NCBI RefSeq assembly: GCF_964204645.1
Contig: NC_134036.1
Coordinates: forward strand, 11,201,859-11,265,858
Origin: Tubulanus polymorphus
Lineage: Eukaryota > Animalia > Nemertea
Length of the DNA stretch: 64,000 bases
Reading direction: 5' to 3'
Shown: piece by piece, positions 1-13,680 of the stretch
How positions within the stretch are numbered: position 1 is the first letter of the stretch
Layout: every line of letters starts with the position of its first letter
The notes under the pieces: generated by a model
Database searches by the model: none
What the model was told of the DNA's origin: nothing
What the model saw: the letters and a program-made list of their open reading frames with translations, nothing else
Position numbers and translations under genes: made by a program

Positions 1-26
1 AACGCTCATCCCTAGAAGAACAGATT

Positions 27-239
27 TTGAATGAAACATCTGTTCAGATGAGTTGGGCCTCGTTATTTGCCAATATAGAGAGTGATTCAATAAAAGATTC
101 ATTATTTTGTAAGGTGATAGATTGCTGGATCAAGGTTCGACTCCATTCTTTTAGTCGAGCATACATTTTCCTTTTACAAAAAGATGGAAAAACTGCAAGG
201 AAGGGTGATAAAAGTCTCAGGAAAAAGCTAAAAGCTTGA
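27..239 (+). pseudogene. C-terminal fragment of a transposon-associated ORF convergent with the P-like transposase
   Basis: Ends ...WIKVRLHSFSRAY...KSLRKKLKA and overlaps the transposase 3' end; truncated by the window edge. Confidence 0.35.
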
Positions 240-2835
240 AAGGAAAGAATTCCATTATATACCTTTCAGTGGGAAGACTTTCTTCTTTGCAAGACAGTCT
301 CGTCCAAAACAAATTCTCCATCGTCAGTGGCAAGCGAAAATTTCCTCCAACCACACCCTTGATAGTTTTTGAACAGGCTACGATTAATTTCCTGGCGTTT
401 CTCTGATATTCTTCAATTGAGGGGTTGTCGTTGGAGCCGCTACATCTTCGCTGCTTGCTGTAGTGGATTTCCAACGGATCCTGGTTGAATTTAGCAGTCA
501 GGACATACTGAACCCCATCCTCATTCAACAACTCTCTGATCAGGTTAACTGTAGATTTCACTGAAAGATTTATGTATGTTTTATATCAATTTCTTGTAAT
601 TTTTATTGTTTTAAAGTCATTGACATGAAAATAATTCTCATTCTTACCGGTTATACGTAATCCTGCTAGAGTTTCACGACTCAGACACATTCGTCTGCGA
701 TGACCAATCGGCAATTCTATTCTTCTAAGACACTGTGTCTCCCATGAATCGAAGAACGGTATGAAATCCTTCTCCAGCCACTGAAAAGGGAGTTGATATA
801 TCCTGTCATTCATCCTTTTATTGTTAATTTTCATATTCACTACCAATACTTACATCTAATCTTTCAAGGTTATCTTTGGTATATGGCGCGAAATACTTAT
901 TTCTTTGCCGAATGTGGTTATACGAATTGCTGACATTAAGACAGTAAAAAAAACGGTTCATACACTCAATGAATTTTCTCAAGGATTCTAGACTAGGATC
1001 TCCTTTTTGTTGGATTGCGGCTGCGACAGAACCACTGAGGACCTAGAAATGAGAATAGATAGATTTAGTTTAGGTTAGGCAATAACACATGGAATTCTGA
1101 TGTCGAAGAACGTACCTGTACAGCAAGTTTAACATTAATTCGTGATCCTGGTGTTAATTGTAAGTGCTCATTTGTTATTCGATGAAGATAATGAACAGTT
1201 CCAACATTCGATCTGTCCTGACACACATTGTTATCTTCATCTCTGAAAACTTGGATGGAACTAAATTCATTAACTGCGTCCATTTAATTGGCAGGCCATT
1301 CAACTGTAAGAGAAATCAAGTTCAACATAAGTAAGAATTTTTTATGAGATAAACGAAATAGTATCTACTATGAAAAATACCAACGTTACCTCGAGGTTTC
1401 TTGTCTTGTTGTGCCAATTAGAATTTTCGATATTGTTTCTCGTCGTTTTCATGAGATGTGGTACATCGCAGAAAAAGTAAACTTTTGATCCAATACGATA
1501 TCGATTGTTGGTGGAATAAACAATATCATTTTCTTCAATGTCAGTCTGGTGCATTCTGTAAAATTTTCTCTTCGGAGCTGCTCCGTCCGAAACGACTCCT
1601 CTAACATGAAAACCATTAAGTTCTAGAATTTTGCTCCCCATACAGCAACATACAACTGGTGACTCGTGAAGCCCACACATGGGAAATATGCAAAAACAGT
1701 GTTTAAATGGGTAAATATACCACGGACCATGAAAGACATAACATGTGTCGCTTGAACTTTGGTTGCATTTTCAGAATCTAAATTTTCAATCTCATTTAGA
1801 AAGTTGCCAAAATTTACGAATCCAATGAGTTCGCCAGTTTCAGTCGAATACGCGAGTCCTTGTTTGATTTTAATTTCATCGAATGCAATTATAACGTTTT
1901 TTTCAAATGGTCGAAGCTGGTCAAATTTAATGTCTTTCTTGATAAATTCGATGACATCAGCCGAAAATCCTGGTGTTGTGTTAAGGTGATGGGTGTAATC
2001 CCTTAATGTTGACTGATGCGGCAAATTCAATATCTTCGAGTCGCGCACATGGTCATAGGCTTTTCCCGATGTAGCCTGTAAGGCAATGCACCACTTTACT
2101 AGAAGAGGGTGCCAACGCATCTGACGCTTATCTACTTTACTTTGATATTGAACTTGCTGTTGCCATAGCAAATCTGCGATTGATTCGGGTTTTGGTGGTT
2201 GATTGTGTATCACCTGTTGAGCTGCGAGCTATTTAGTTTTAACTTCAAATCGATACCATCATTTGCAATTTTTTTCACTGATTTTTTCTTGCAACGTTTT
2301 CACACGCTTTTTCAAAACTTTTCGATCGGATTGAGCTGTTTTAATTTTCTCTACTAGTGCATCAAGTGACATTAAGTCGTTCCGACAATGAGATGAGCAT
2401 AATGGCTGATCTGTTTCCATTTGTTTACCAGCTGATTTCGACTTCAAACTACGAAGAGTAATCTTGTAATATTCAGAAGAGTCGCATATACCATTTTTTG
2501 TTAAACGTTTACAGTCATTATGGCGAATACATTGAATCTGGCTCGCTTCTTCACGCGCAATGATTACTCCGCTGCGATTATTGAAAACAGCTAATGTTTG
2601 TGGAGCACGCGAACGACACAGTTCATCGAATCCGGTAACGCCAATGCACACATTCCACGCGGTTAGAATGCAAAAAAACTGATTCCAATTGCTCATAACT
2701 AACTTCCGACGTAATTCCATATTCAATGGGGTTGACTTTATCGCCATAAACATATAGAGAAGACTGCAATTTCTCACTATCTATTTCCAAAAGCTTGCAA
2801 ACTCCATGTGCAGGGCTCAAATCATTTGCAGCCAA
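217..2835 (-). pseudogene. Degraded, intron-containing P-element/THAP9-like transposase
   Basis: Successive minus-strand ORFs with MRWHP..KWCIAL, LPHQSTLRDY, IAFDEIKIK, VVSDGAA, FFCDVPHLMKTTRN, RINVKLAVQV and TAKFNQDPLE motifs; frameshifts between pieces. Confidence 0.85.
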
Positions 2836-3289
2836 AATATCATCGCTAAAAAATCATAGATTTGTAAAGATCAAAACATCGACTTTAAGATGGTATATTC
2901 GTTGTTGGCCGCAACGACCGGCTTTTTTACTTATGCTTTTATAATAAACTTACCGATGTAGAGCACTGATATGAATGATAAGTTCGTCATTCGTCGGTAA
3001 ATCTGGTAATTTTTGGTGGATTTCCACAAAATTTGTATCAAAACGCGAAGAAATTTGCGCTAATCACGAATCAGCCCACTGTGTATGTCTAAACTAGATA
3101 AACGATGAGACAACGGTGCGCATGTTGGATTGCTCCGAGCAAAACGCTTCCGCCAGAATGACGCTATCTACGAAGCGAAGGCGTTGCTAACCGAATCGCA
3201 CTCAATGATCGACACAGCGCGTTTAGTGCATTTGAATAGCGCGAGCGACCTCCATTCAATGATTACTCCAAGCATAGATGAATATATCC

Positions 3290-4110
3290 AATACCAAAAG
3301 AAACGACTGTATCAAAGTATAATTGGACGTAACACCAAGCTATAAATATTGAAAAGCTTAGGTCCTAAAACTGAACCTTGAGGAACACCAAAAACAACTT
3401 TGATCTCGCAGATTGCTTACCATCAATTACTACAGATTGGTATCGATCACTTAAATAAGACTGAAACCACTTAAATGCTGTGCCAGAAATGTTATACATA
3501 TTATACAATCTAATAAAATGCCATGATCAATCGTGTCCAAGGCAGCTGACAAATCTAATAAAACTAAAACACCAACATTGCCAGAATCAAGTGCATCCAA
3601 TATATCAGATTGAACTCTAAGTAGAGCAGTTTCAGTCGAATGGAATTTAGAATATGCACTTTGAAAACAAGGTTTAAGAACAGAAATATTTGGATGGTCA
3701 TCAATTCTACTGGTAACAACTTTTTCTAAAATCTTTAAAATAAAGCAAAGATTTGAAACTTGTCTGTAGTTCTTTAGCACTTCAGGATTAAGTCCAGTTT
3801 TCTTTAGGAGTGGCCGTATGTGAGCCATCTTAAAGTCTAGTGGGACATTGCCCTCAATAAGTGACTGGTTAACTATCTCTGTGATAATTGGTACAAGATC
3901 GACTAAACACTCTTTTAAAAGCCATGTTGGCAAAGGATCCAATTCACAGGATTTACTAGCTGAACTAGTTATTATTTTCCTTATCTCATCCTGCGTTGCT
4001 AAAGAAAAAGTTGATAGACTATTAAACTCCGGTAGTGAGTGGTCACTGCCTAAATTCTCAGAACGTGGTTAGGGCATATCAGCACGGATATCACTTATCT
4101 GATCCAAAAA
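3290..4110 (-). pseudogene. LINE (CR1/L2-clade-like) reverse transcriptase fragment
   Basis: DPLPTWLLK, NYRQVSNL, FQSAY..HSTETALL, LLDLSAALDTIDH, plus frameshifted GVPQGSVLGP at ~3360-3390. Confidence 0.9.
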
Positions 4111-4829
4111 GAAAGCTACGGCTTGTTTGAACTTCGCTGAAAAAGCTGAATCACTGAAACGCTGAAATAAAAACGCTGAAATTTCAGGGAATTTCCGAAA
4201 AACGCTGAAATAGGTACCGACAATACACGTTTTGAAATATTTTCCGGGCCGGTGTCCGCTGCCGAGTCCTGAACCGTGTTTTAGTCTCTACCTTCGGTTA
4301 AAGAGACATGCATGGACAGTATGTGTGGAGTATACTTCTAGAGGGCCACTTGTTGGACAAATTAATTCGCTTGAAATCCGGATTTTTAATGCATACAGGC
4401 AGCATAATGAGGAAAACCCATTCACAAACCGTGCAAGCCAACTTAAACACTATGCTCAATATTCCCTGCAAGACGCAAAATATCTTATTTGAACGTTCAC
4501 GTGTAATACATGGAGCAACTTTTCTTTTGTCAACACGTTGATGGGCGACGGACTATGGTATTCTCTGAAGGAGATAAATTAAATTTGACAGCTAGTTATA
4601 TAACTGGTATATAAATAATTGGTATTCTCTGATACAGTTACCGTTGTCAACTCTGTAAGCGTTTCTCATTAACATGTCGTGTGTCTTTGCTTTAGGTTGT
4701 TGACGAATTTCATTGATGTTGTTTGTGTTATTGCCATCGTCACTAATAAATGGTCCTACTCCGCGGTTTATGTGGTCATGTGGTAAATATCTAGAACAAT
4801 ATTCAGTATCAGTAATTATGATGTTTGTC

Positions 4830-5108
4830 TTTTTAGCCCACTTGGGACGTCCGTCTGTCCGTCCGTAGACGGAATCCAGTTATTTTGGGAAGTTTTTAAG
4901 ACGCTTCAATGTAATGTCTTGATATTTGGTTAACACATGTATCTACCCTAGACACATCTTCAGCCCAAAAACTGGTCCTGTCAAAATCAAGATGGCCGAC
5001 TGGCAGCCATTGTTGTTCGCCAAAATCAACACTTTTTACATATTGATAGATTGTTGAGCATTTGGAACCACTTCCCAAGTGGGCATGGTGTCCCTGGGAC
5101 CCTAGTTT
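4830..5108 (+). mobile_element. Non-autonomous Helentron/HINE (DINE-1-like) element
   Basis: Starts TTTTTAGC; sub-terminal inverted repeat CCCACTTGGGA/TCCCAAGTGGG; GTCC microsatellite; 3' hairpin then CTAGTTT; the same 3' end recurs at 46970-47028. Confidence 0.7.
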
Positions 5109-6559
5109 ATATAGGTCTATGTATCGTAAAAAATTGCCTTGCCTTCGATTTTGATTGTATATTATTCGATTCAATGGCACAGGATGGATTCCAGGGTTCA
5201 TACATTTAATGCAGCCGTTGAATCCACTGGCAGGCTGGTGCATCAGCGCTAAGCAATGCGATTCATAATCTCCGCGAACCATGATTAACTTGGCCTAGAT
5301 TATGAAGTATTTCAATTAAAAGGTCACATAGGAGAATTTTTCATACCGAACTATACCATTGTTTTGATGGGTTCACAATGCATTGTTTTACCTTCAATAC
5401 AAATTGTTCGTTATTTGTGCCATGGAATGTGTCGATTCCATTATACAAGATGTTAAGTTCTTTAATCAACGGTTCCAAGAAACCATTTATACTCTTTCTT
5501 CTTTCTAAATCCATTATACCATAGATAAATGTGTTTTCACATTTTTTTCCTTCAGAGGGTCTAGAAAATCAAACTTTATTTGCATTAACAATAGATTAGC
5601 TAGCATTATATTTCAATACCTGGGCAAACTTTGTTTTATTTTTTCATATACATTAATCATTACAGTACGCAATTGCACTGACCCCTCCCCCTCCCTTAAT
5701 GCGTACGTAATAATTGAATGACCCCTTTAGAGTGTCAGAATTACAAAGATATCCAAACAAATCGTTCACCTCAGATTCCAAAAATTGATCATAATTGGCC
5801 AGATTGAATATTTTTTCTTTTTGAAAGCATTTGTTCCATCCATTGTCAGGGATAATGCCAGGCATCTCCTATCGCCATTGCACATTCCATCTTCAGAGTA
5901 TAAAGCCTGCCATGAATCCGTTTGATGTGTGCTGTATATTCTATGAAAAGGATCAATAGTGTTTTCATGAATTCGAAATTGGTAAAACATGTTTCTCAAA
6001 ATTTAATTAAACATATTAGCTACAGAGATAGTTAATAAATATTTATTTACCTGTCGCCATCATTTTGTCTTTTGTCTTATGTTTTCCGTTAGATGGCATT
6101 TTTTATAAAATTCTTGTCTTATGAATAAGATTCAACAATTTCGCGTAAAGTTCATTTACTATAAAATGATAATCACATTTAATCTGTAAAGTTACCTTTT
6201 AAATATGGGATCAGCGGCATCCATGAAAAGTCAACTTTTTCATCTGATCCACATTTGTTGCAGTGTATCAAGCCACGGTTTTCCAGCCAAAACATTATGC
6301 AACCATTCTTGCAAACTTTCTCTACACGTATTTCTCCTGTGATGTACTTCTGTAAAGTCTCTAATCGTTTAACCGATTTTGGTGTTAAGTTTGGTTGTGG
6401 CAGAATACAGTGTATAAAATATAACATTCGAGAAAATTCTGTTTTTGACATGGTACTTTTAACATAAAATGATGAGGTCATGCCTAAGTACTGAATCACA
6501 TTGACGTTACTCCCTTCATAGATTGGTAGATTAAATATATCGTGTTCACCATAATTTAT

Positions 6560-6840
6560 ACCACCAGCATCCCCGTCATCTCCATCATCGCCATCATCAT
6601 CTCCACCATGGAAGTCTCCATCATCATTCCCATCATCATCATCATCGTCTCCATCATCATCCACGTCATCATCATCATGGTCTCCATCATCGTCCCCGTC
6701 ATCATCATCATCGTTTCCACCACTGAGTCATCGTTTCCGCCATTGAAGTCATCGTTTCCGCCATTGAAGTCATCGTTTCCGCCATTGAAGTCATCGTTTC
6801 CGCCATTGAAGTCATCGTTTCCGCCATTGAAGTCATTATC
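6560..6840. repeat. (CAT)n-rich tract plus five 21-bp tandem repeats (Asp-rich, DDFNGGN on the minus strand)
   Basis: GTCATCGTTTCCGCCATTGAA x5 at ~6727-6832. Confidence 0.9.
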
Positions 6841-8359
6841 ATCAGTATTTTCATTTGATTGATCCTCCTCTATTGACACCTGAAATGCAAGCCCAGGATG
6901 TTGTATTGTAGTGATATGTTTTGGTCTGGATTCTAAATTTATAATATTTTTTTTTCTAACTGATAAGTCACAATTTATTATACCTCCATTTCTCTGACTG
7001 GTGATTTCAAATCTCTTTCAGGTGTGCCTATGTCTGAAAAAATCCAGTGACGGTTTCTTGTTTTGTTATTCGCGAGGAGCCCATCACACTTAGGGCAGTA
7101 ACATGGCACTTGACGACCCATTTCCTGCAAGGTGAGCTAAATTTCAATTCAACTGAAATACGATTTTTTATGATCATATACGTTTTTGATATTTTAGGTC
7201 AGTATCTTCGTTTTCCTTCATGCCTTGATAATTTATATTTTTCATTTAGATGTTGTTTTATTTGATAATGAATAGTGTAACAAATAAAGATGATTAAATA
7301 ACGGAATTATGTTCAGTGTGTTTTGTCGGAAGCCTTTGTCCTGGGTTTGACACTTGTTGACCCATTTCCTGCAAGTTTTTAAAATTAGCTCTTAGTTAAC
7401 GTGTGGAAGATGTCTTACAGTCGATTTCTTAGTATTGTATCACAGTGGCAGATGGCGAAGCTGTGCTCACAGAAACCGGCGACATAGACCACCATGATCG
7501 ATATCTACAACTTAGCCCCGGGACCTTATTCGCTAACGTTACGCAAGTTTGCGTGGATGAATCGTGTTGCGAGACCATTTGCGATGAAAATCAGTATGCA
7601 TTGCGTGTGGTATTCACGATAATGATTCGCAATTTTTACGCAACGGGAACCAGTCCAATAGTAAAACCTCATTGCAGATTGATATATTGCGTCAATATTT
7701 CACTTAAACGCCTCTATAGCTGGATTCTTCCTCCTCTTATTTGCGTGGATTTTAGTATATACGGAGATTTTTGCAAATTTGGTGGTAATCGAGGATTTGC
7801 GATGAAAATAGCGTTGCGTGGCGTTCGTGAAAAACCCTAGTACCCGAACCCTAGGTAGCATCACATATTTTCATCCCTACTCATTTCGTTTCAGAAGATT
7901 ATTGGCAATAAGGTTTTTACATTTAGTGCCCAGGGTTCACAACCCAAAAATGCCCACAGTCGAGACTAAAAATCAGGAAAAGACTTGAATAATTTTTACT
8001 TTGAAAATCTTTATTAAATCATCACACATAGAATTCCCATTATTAGGCTAGGCCTATGTCACTACTAAGGTTGCTCTTTGTACTGCCATACTATATAATT
8101 TTCTTAAGGTCCCAGTTGATTTATCTCATTTAATATGCTTCCAAAGCTCGTCGGGATTGAATTGTGGTGGCCAGGTCCTCTTACTGCGTGCGCATTTGGC
8201 AGATGTTGACCATGACAGGCTCCTGAAATCAAATCAAATTATAGAGCATTACCATACCTAATGAATCATGAGGCTCTCCTATGTAAAATTCCTCTTTCAA
8301 GCAGAATTTCACCAAAACACAAGTGTACAATGTCATCGTTGAATGTCATCGTTGAATGT

Positions 8360-9100
8360 CATCAATTTTTGAATTCGATGTGGGGTAAACTCGGCCAGAA
8401 TGAAAATAAAACGACGGCTAAATATATTTCGGACCCCGGGGAATTATATAAAATGCTTTTAGATCAAACCTATAAGATAAGCGATTTGTTTTTGTGTAAT
8501 GACGAGGTGCTAAGAGTGCATTACAAAAAACGCGAAGAATTTGTCGAATCGACAAACAAAACCAGCGTCGCTTTAGCAGCTTTCACGACGGCTCATGCGC
8601 GGCTTTTATTCTCTATGGTTATATAGAAATTAGGGGAACGAACCCTATACACGGATACCGACTCCATTATTTATAGCGTGAAACCTGGTGAATGGGATCC
8701 ACCGACCGGGAATTTTTTGGGTGATATGACCGATGAATTGGTTGATAAATACGGGGAGGGGTCGTTTATTTCAGAATTTGTTTCGGCTGGACCCAAAAAT
8801 TATGCATATCGGGTATTTAGTCCTAGAGATAATACATTTTCGACTGAATGTAAAGTTAAAGGGATCAATTTGAATTTTCGAAACAAACAAATTGTAAACT
8901 TTGGTTTTGATATAATTGTCGAAGAATAGTACGACCATCTTTACATATTAAACCCCGACAAAATTAATAGAAAGATCAAGGTTTGCTCTATATACAATAG
9001 AGACGAACGTAAAATATATCGCGCCGTTTATACAAAACGAGCTTTCGACCCCGCAGATCGGTATAACACGCTTCCGTACGGATATTTATGTAGCAAATAA
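8360..9100 (+). pseudogene. C-terminal fragment of a protein-primed PolB from a second, different Polinton family
   Basis: NSMWGKLGQ, FTTAHARL, YTDTDS (8648-8665), GNFLGDMTDEL, SAGPKNYAY, KVKGI, YTKR..TLPYGY; frameshifted. Confidence 0.9.
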
Positions 9101-9239
9101 CGCCTTATATATGATTATTTATTTATTTATTTATTCTATTTATTGCGCATTTCATTTTAATAACTTATTTATTCTATTTATTCTTAATAAAATGTTTTTA
9201 TTTGTTTTACATTATTTTTTTTTTAATTTGTGGTTTCTT

Positions 9240-9810
<571 letters not shown>

Positions 9811-10389
9811 TGACAGATCCTAAATGCTTCCCTCCAATAATTAGTATGTTGTAAATAGTGTATGTATATATTGTTAATTACTTTGTTATATTTTATCAAA
9901 ACAAGTTCAAACTTTCTGTTGATTTTTAATATTGTATACTTTGTATAAGTCTCCCTCCGTGTACCATAGAAATGGTTGGAGTGTAAATAAAATCCTAATC
10001 ATAATCTTTATCATCTACTGCAGCAATAGAGGATCCACCAGGTGGCACTAGTGTGCAGTAAGAACCCATGAACTACTGTGACAAAATTTGATTCCACTAG
10101 TGGCGAGTGAGGATTGTAAAGAGAGAATCAGTCTTACATTCGTTCGTGAATCATAAAAACCCAAAATACATGATCAATATACTGAAAATATTTAATTCTT
10201 CGTCGACGTCAAGTAAAATAGAATTCAGTCAAAAATAATCGATAACTGCTTCCGTAATTATATTTATGACGTCACTATTAACTATGTTAAACACATTAGA
10301 AATAAGTTATTCGAATGTATATATCGATTTGATGATGTCATAAGGGGATTCACGCAGGAGGTGACAGTGTCTAAAGTGTTATTCGATTT

Positions 10390-11342
10390 TGCTCCGCGTT
10401 TGACGTCATTTATAAAACAGCGACTGCACAAGAATATATTAGCGTTAACCATATGATTTGCCTGATATAAAATGGTACCAATTCAATTACCAATAATCAT
10501 GAACGATCCATAAGTTAAATTCTCGCAATGATTCAAGTAGCATAAGTAAGTTTCCGAGCCGTGTTCATATTCTAATACAATCGTAAGAGCCGCCAGAAAT
10601 GAGAGAACTAAAAATGCCGGTGATGTTGAAATAACTAAAACTGTTATTCGCTTAGCTGTAGCTTGTCTTTTTGTAACATCAGTGACTTGTTGAGTTGCGT
10701 CCATGTTTGCAGATCTTTCACGCCAACTATGATGACACCATTCCCTACAGCAACAACAAGAAATGGTAAAAACAATGATAGAATGTTGTTTAGATTTGAA
10801 TAAATCGCTGAACCGGTTAGGTTTACTATCATACAAGTTGTCCATCGACCATAGCTTCATGAAAAGCTGCTCCAATAATATTGATGATGGCCAAAACAGC
10901 GCTTACAATCGCTACAGCTTCCTTAGCCCTAGCGACAGTGCACAGAGTGGCAGATTAGAGAGGTTTAGGGACAGCTACAGCGCGATCAACCGTCATCAGA
11001 ACCAGGATCCAGATCGAAATCTGTTTCGGGCAATTCGCGTGGAAAATTTTTTACAATACACATGAATCTGCTGAATTGGACGAAGGATAAACCCATCAGA
11101 TAGGGAACCTCGGTACCCAATATCGCGTACAAATCAGCCATTCCTAAATACATCATGTAAAAATGGCCGCAACTCGTCGACGATTTCTTGTAAGTTCCCA
11201 AAACGATAATTATCAAACCGATAAAACTCATTACAGGAAACACGTATGCCGACGTCCTGTTCAGGTTGAAAGTTATCGGAACCACCCATCCATAGATCCT
11301 AGTCCAACACATATCTTCAAATGATATATTTGTGAAAACCAT
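10390..11342 (-). pseudogene. Frameshifted class A GPCR, paralog of 12335-13315
   Basis: Segments align with the intact gene (WVVPITFNLNRTSAYVFPVMS, MADLYAI, KRITVLVISTS, YGSFMIIGN) but lie in different frames. Confidence 0.9.
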
Positions 11343-11832
11343 CTTGTTTTACCAACGTAGAAAATATTTAATGAAAACTTGAATTCATAAAACAATAGGA
11401 AGTCCCTAATGATAAACATGTAGATCTTGTTCTATTGTACTAAAGAATAAACGGCTTACAGGTATAGCAGGGCGTGGTGAAGATCATCAAAGAATTGGAC
11501 ATCACTAAAACTTCTTTCTAAACCTTTCATATCCTTTTGATTTCTCTAACATATGTAAAGAAAGATACTAAAATGAATGGTAACCATAAACACGGAACTG
11601 GTAATCTGGATATCGATAGATCAATCAGATCCAGAATTTCATCACTATTTCCGCTGACTGTGTTCAGCTCGTGTCCATTTCCTGGCTGATTTTGGAAAAA
11701 GGACTTCAACCTAGAAGGTAAAGTATTTCCGAATTAATCACATGTAATTCGAGTTAAGAATTGTTATTTGATGTGCTCAATATTTGCGAGAAAATTAGAA
11801 GATCGGTTATTGCTTGTGCCTTGTGCTGGGTC

Positions 11833-11929
11833 GAATGCGAACCACTGGGTGAACGCCTGCATATTTCTGTTCAGCGCAAATTTTCGAAATGAAGTCAAAA
11901 CTAGTCGAAAAACTACGAAAATGGGATAA
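11833..11929 (+). pseudogene. Isolated TM7/helix-8 fragment of the same GPCR family
   Basis: Reads NANHWVNACIFLFSANFRNEVK versus NANHVTNAYIFICSKNFRIEVK in the intact gene. Confidence 0.7.
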
Positions 11930-12334
11930 AATAAAAAGCAAGGTGGCAAAAATTATATCTAAATTTTCTGTAGTTGCTTTCTCAAGCGTTCTGTTATCCA
12001 TTTACATTTAATGGGAATCACTCTGAAATTCGAGCATAATTTTCAAAGCGTGCTATGAATGCTAAGAACCAATAAACGGCTATCTTTTATGATCGCATGT
12101 CAAGCCCCCATGGTGATTGGTTAATGTTGTTGATAAAGTACCACACATTCATCGGTCGATGGCTGATCGATACCGTCACTTGAAAAACCTGTTTTCGTTG
12201 TTGCCGATGCGTTTGGAAAATACAGTAGAAACTTACGTAGGTAAATATGGCTTGATTTCAGGGGAATTTTGATGGGCATTACTGCGGTGAATTTGTTTAT
12301 TATACTTTGAAAACATGCTTTCAGAGAATTCAGA

Positions 12335-13315
12335 ATGGCTGCAGGAAATGACTCATCTAAAGGCTGTTGGCTTGATAAGTATGACTGGACAACTCCTATC
12401 ACAGTGAACTTAAATAAGGTATCTGCCTATGTATTTCCGATTATGAGTTCTGTTGGTTTGGTGATCACCGTTTTGGGAACTTACAGAAAAGCATCTCACA
12501 GTTCGTGTCATTTGTACATGCTCGCTTTAGCATTAGCAGACGTGTATGCGATAATAGCGATCGAAGTGCCCTATCTGATGGATACGTTTTATGTTCAGTT
12601 TAGCAGGGTTATGTGTATCGTGAAAGCTTTCCATTTCGATGGCCCAAAACAGATTGCTATCTGGATCCTGGTTCTGATGACGGTTGATCGCGCTGTAGCT
12701 GTTTCCAAACCTCTCCGAGCTGCCACCATGTGCACTGTAGGTAGATCTAAGAAAGCTGTAGCGATTTTATGCGCCGTATTGTTTCTGAATCAAGCAGTAT
12801 GGGGTGCATTACACGAAGGTCGTAGCAACCAGAAGTGGACAAATTGTTTGATTGTGAATACATACCTCTATAGCATCCATTATCATCTGAATAATGTTAT
12901 GGCATTGTATTTACCTATCCTTGTGATTGCTGTGGCGAATACATTAATAATTAGTGGGGTGAGAAGTTCTGCTAATATGGATACTCAGCAAACTATCGAC
13001 AAGAAAAAGGGTACTGCTAAGAAGATAACAATTTTAGTGATTTCAACATCAATTTCGTTTTTAATCTTGTCATTTTTTATGGCCCTTACCAACATTTTAC
13101 TGTTAGAATACGGAACTGCGGTAAATACGTTTCAGCATTACTATTTCAATTGCGAGCATGAAGTTTATGGTACATTTCTACTGATTGGTAACTCTATGGG
13201 GACCATATTCCTAAATGCTAATCATGTTACCAATGCTTACATATTCATTTGCAGTAAAAATTTCCGGATAGAAGTAAAACTTGGAGCTGCAGCAATGTGT
13301 AAACGGTTATTATAA
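12335..13315 (+). CDS. Intronless rhodopsin-like (class A) GPCR, peptide-receptor-like/chemoreceptor type, 326 aa
   Basis: Seven hydrophobic segments, LALAD in TM2, DRAVAV..PL after TM3, NH..N..I...S.NFR at TM7. Confidence 0.9.
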   Translation: MAAGNDSSKGCWLDKYDWTTPITVNLNKVSAYVFPIMSSVGLVITVLGTYRKASHSSCHLYMLALALADVYAIIAIEVPYLMDTFYVQFSRVMCIVKAFHFDGPKQIAIWILVLMTVDRAVAVSKPLRAATMCTVGRSKKAVAILCAVLFLNQAVWGALHEGRSNQKWTNCLIVNTYLYSIHYHLNNVMALYLPILVIAVANTLIISGVRSSANMDTQQTIDKKKGTAKKITILVISTSISFLILSFFMALTNILLLEYGTAVNTFQHYYFNCEHEVYGTFLLIGNSMGTIFLNANHVTNAYIFICSKNFRIEVKLGAAAMCKRLL

Positions 13316-13529
13316 ATCACATTGGAAAACAATTTATTTTCATTATATCTGGTGCTTTATTGATATGATACAAACTGTTTCAGACACAACTGTTTCATTC
13401 ACGTTGGGTACGATGAATCTCGTCTCCGAGTCTTGCGTAGTAAGATACTTTCTTCATTTTATTTAGTTTACCCAACGGCCACAAGTTTGTGGGTTCGGGC
13501 ATGCTGGTTCCAAGGTTCCCGGAGGGGAT

Positions 13530-13680
13530 CCTCCGTTTCCTCCTCCATTGCCTCCTCCCTTTCCCCCTCCATTGCACCCTCCGTTTCCTCCGCCATTTCC
13601 CCCTCCATTGCCTCCTCCATTTCTTCCTCCATTCCCTCCTCCATTTCCCCCTCCTTTGCCTCCTGCATTTCCATTTTTTT
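13530..13680. repeat. Pyrimidine-rich ~12-bp minisatellite (CCTCCATTNCCT-like)
   Basis: Imperfect tandem repeats that generate low-complexity ORFs in several frames. Confidence 0.8.

Larger units (their letters stand above)
4290..6880 (-). pseudogene. Degraded CACTA/EnSpm-like (Transposase_21) transposase with an acidic N-terminal region
   Basis: VCKNGCIMF..CNKCG, LALSLTMDGTNAF..SIWPIMINFWNL, RGDYESH..GFNGCIKC motifs in intron-split, frameshifted ORFs. Confidence 0.75.
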
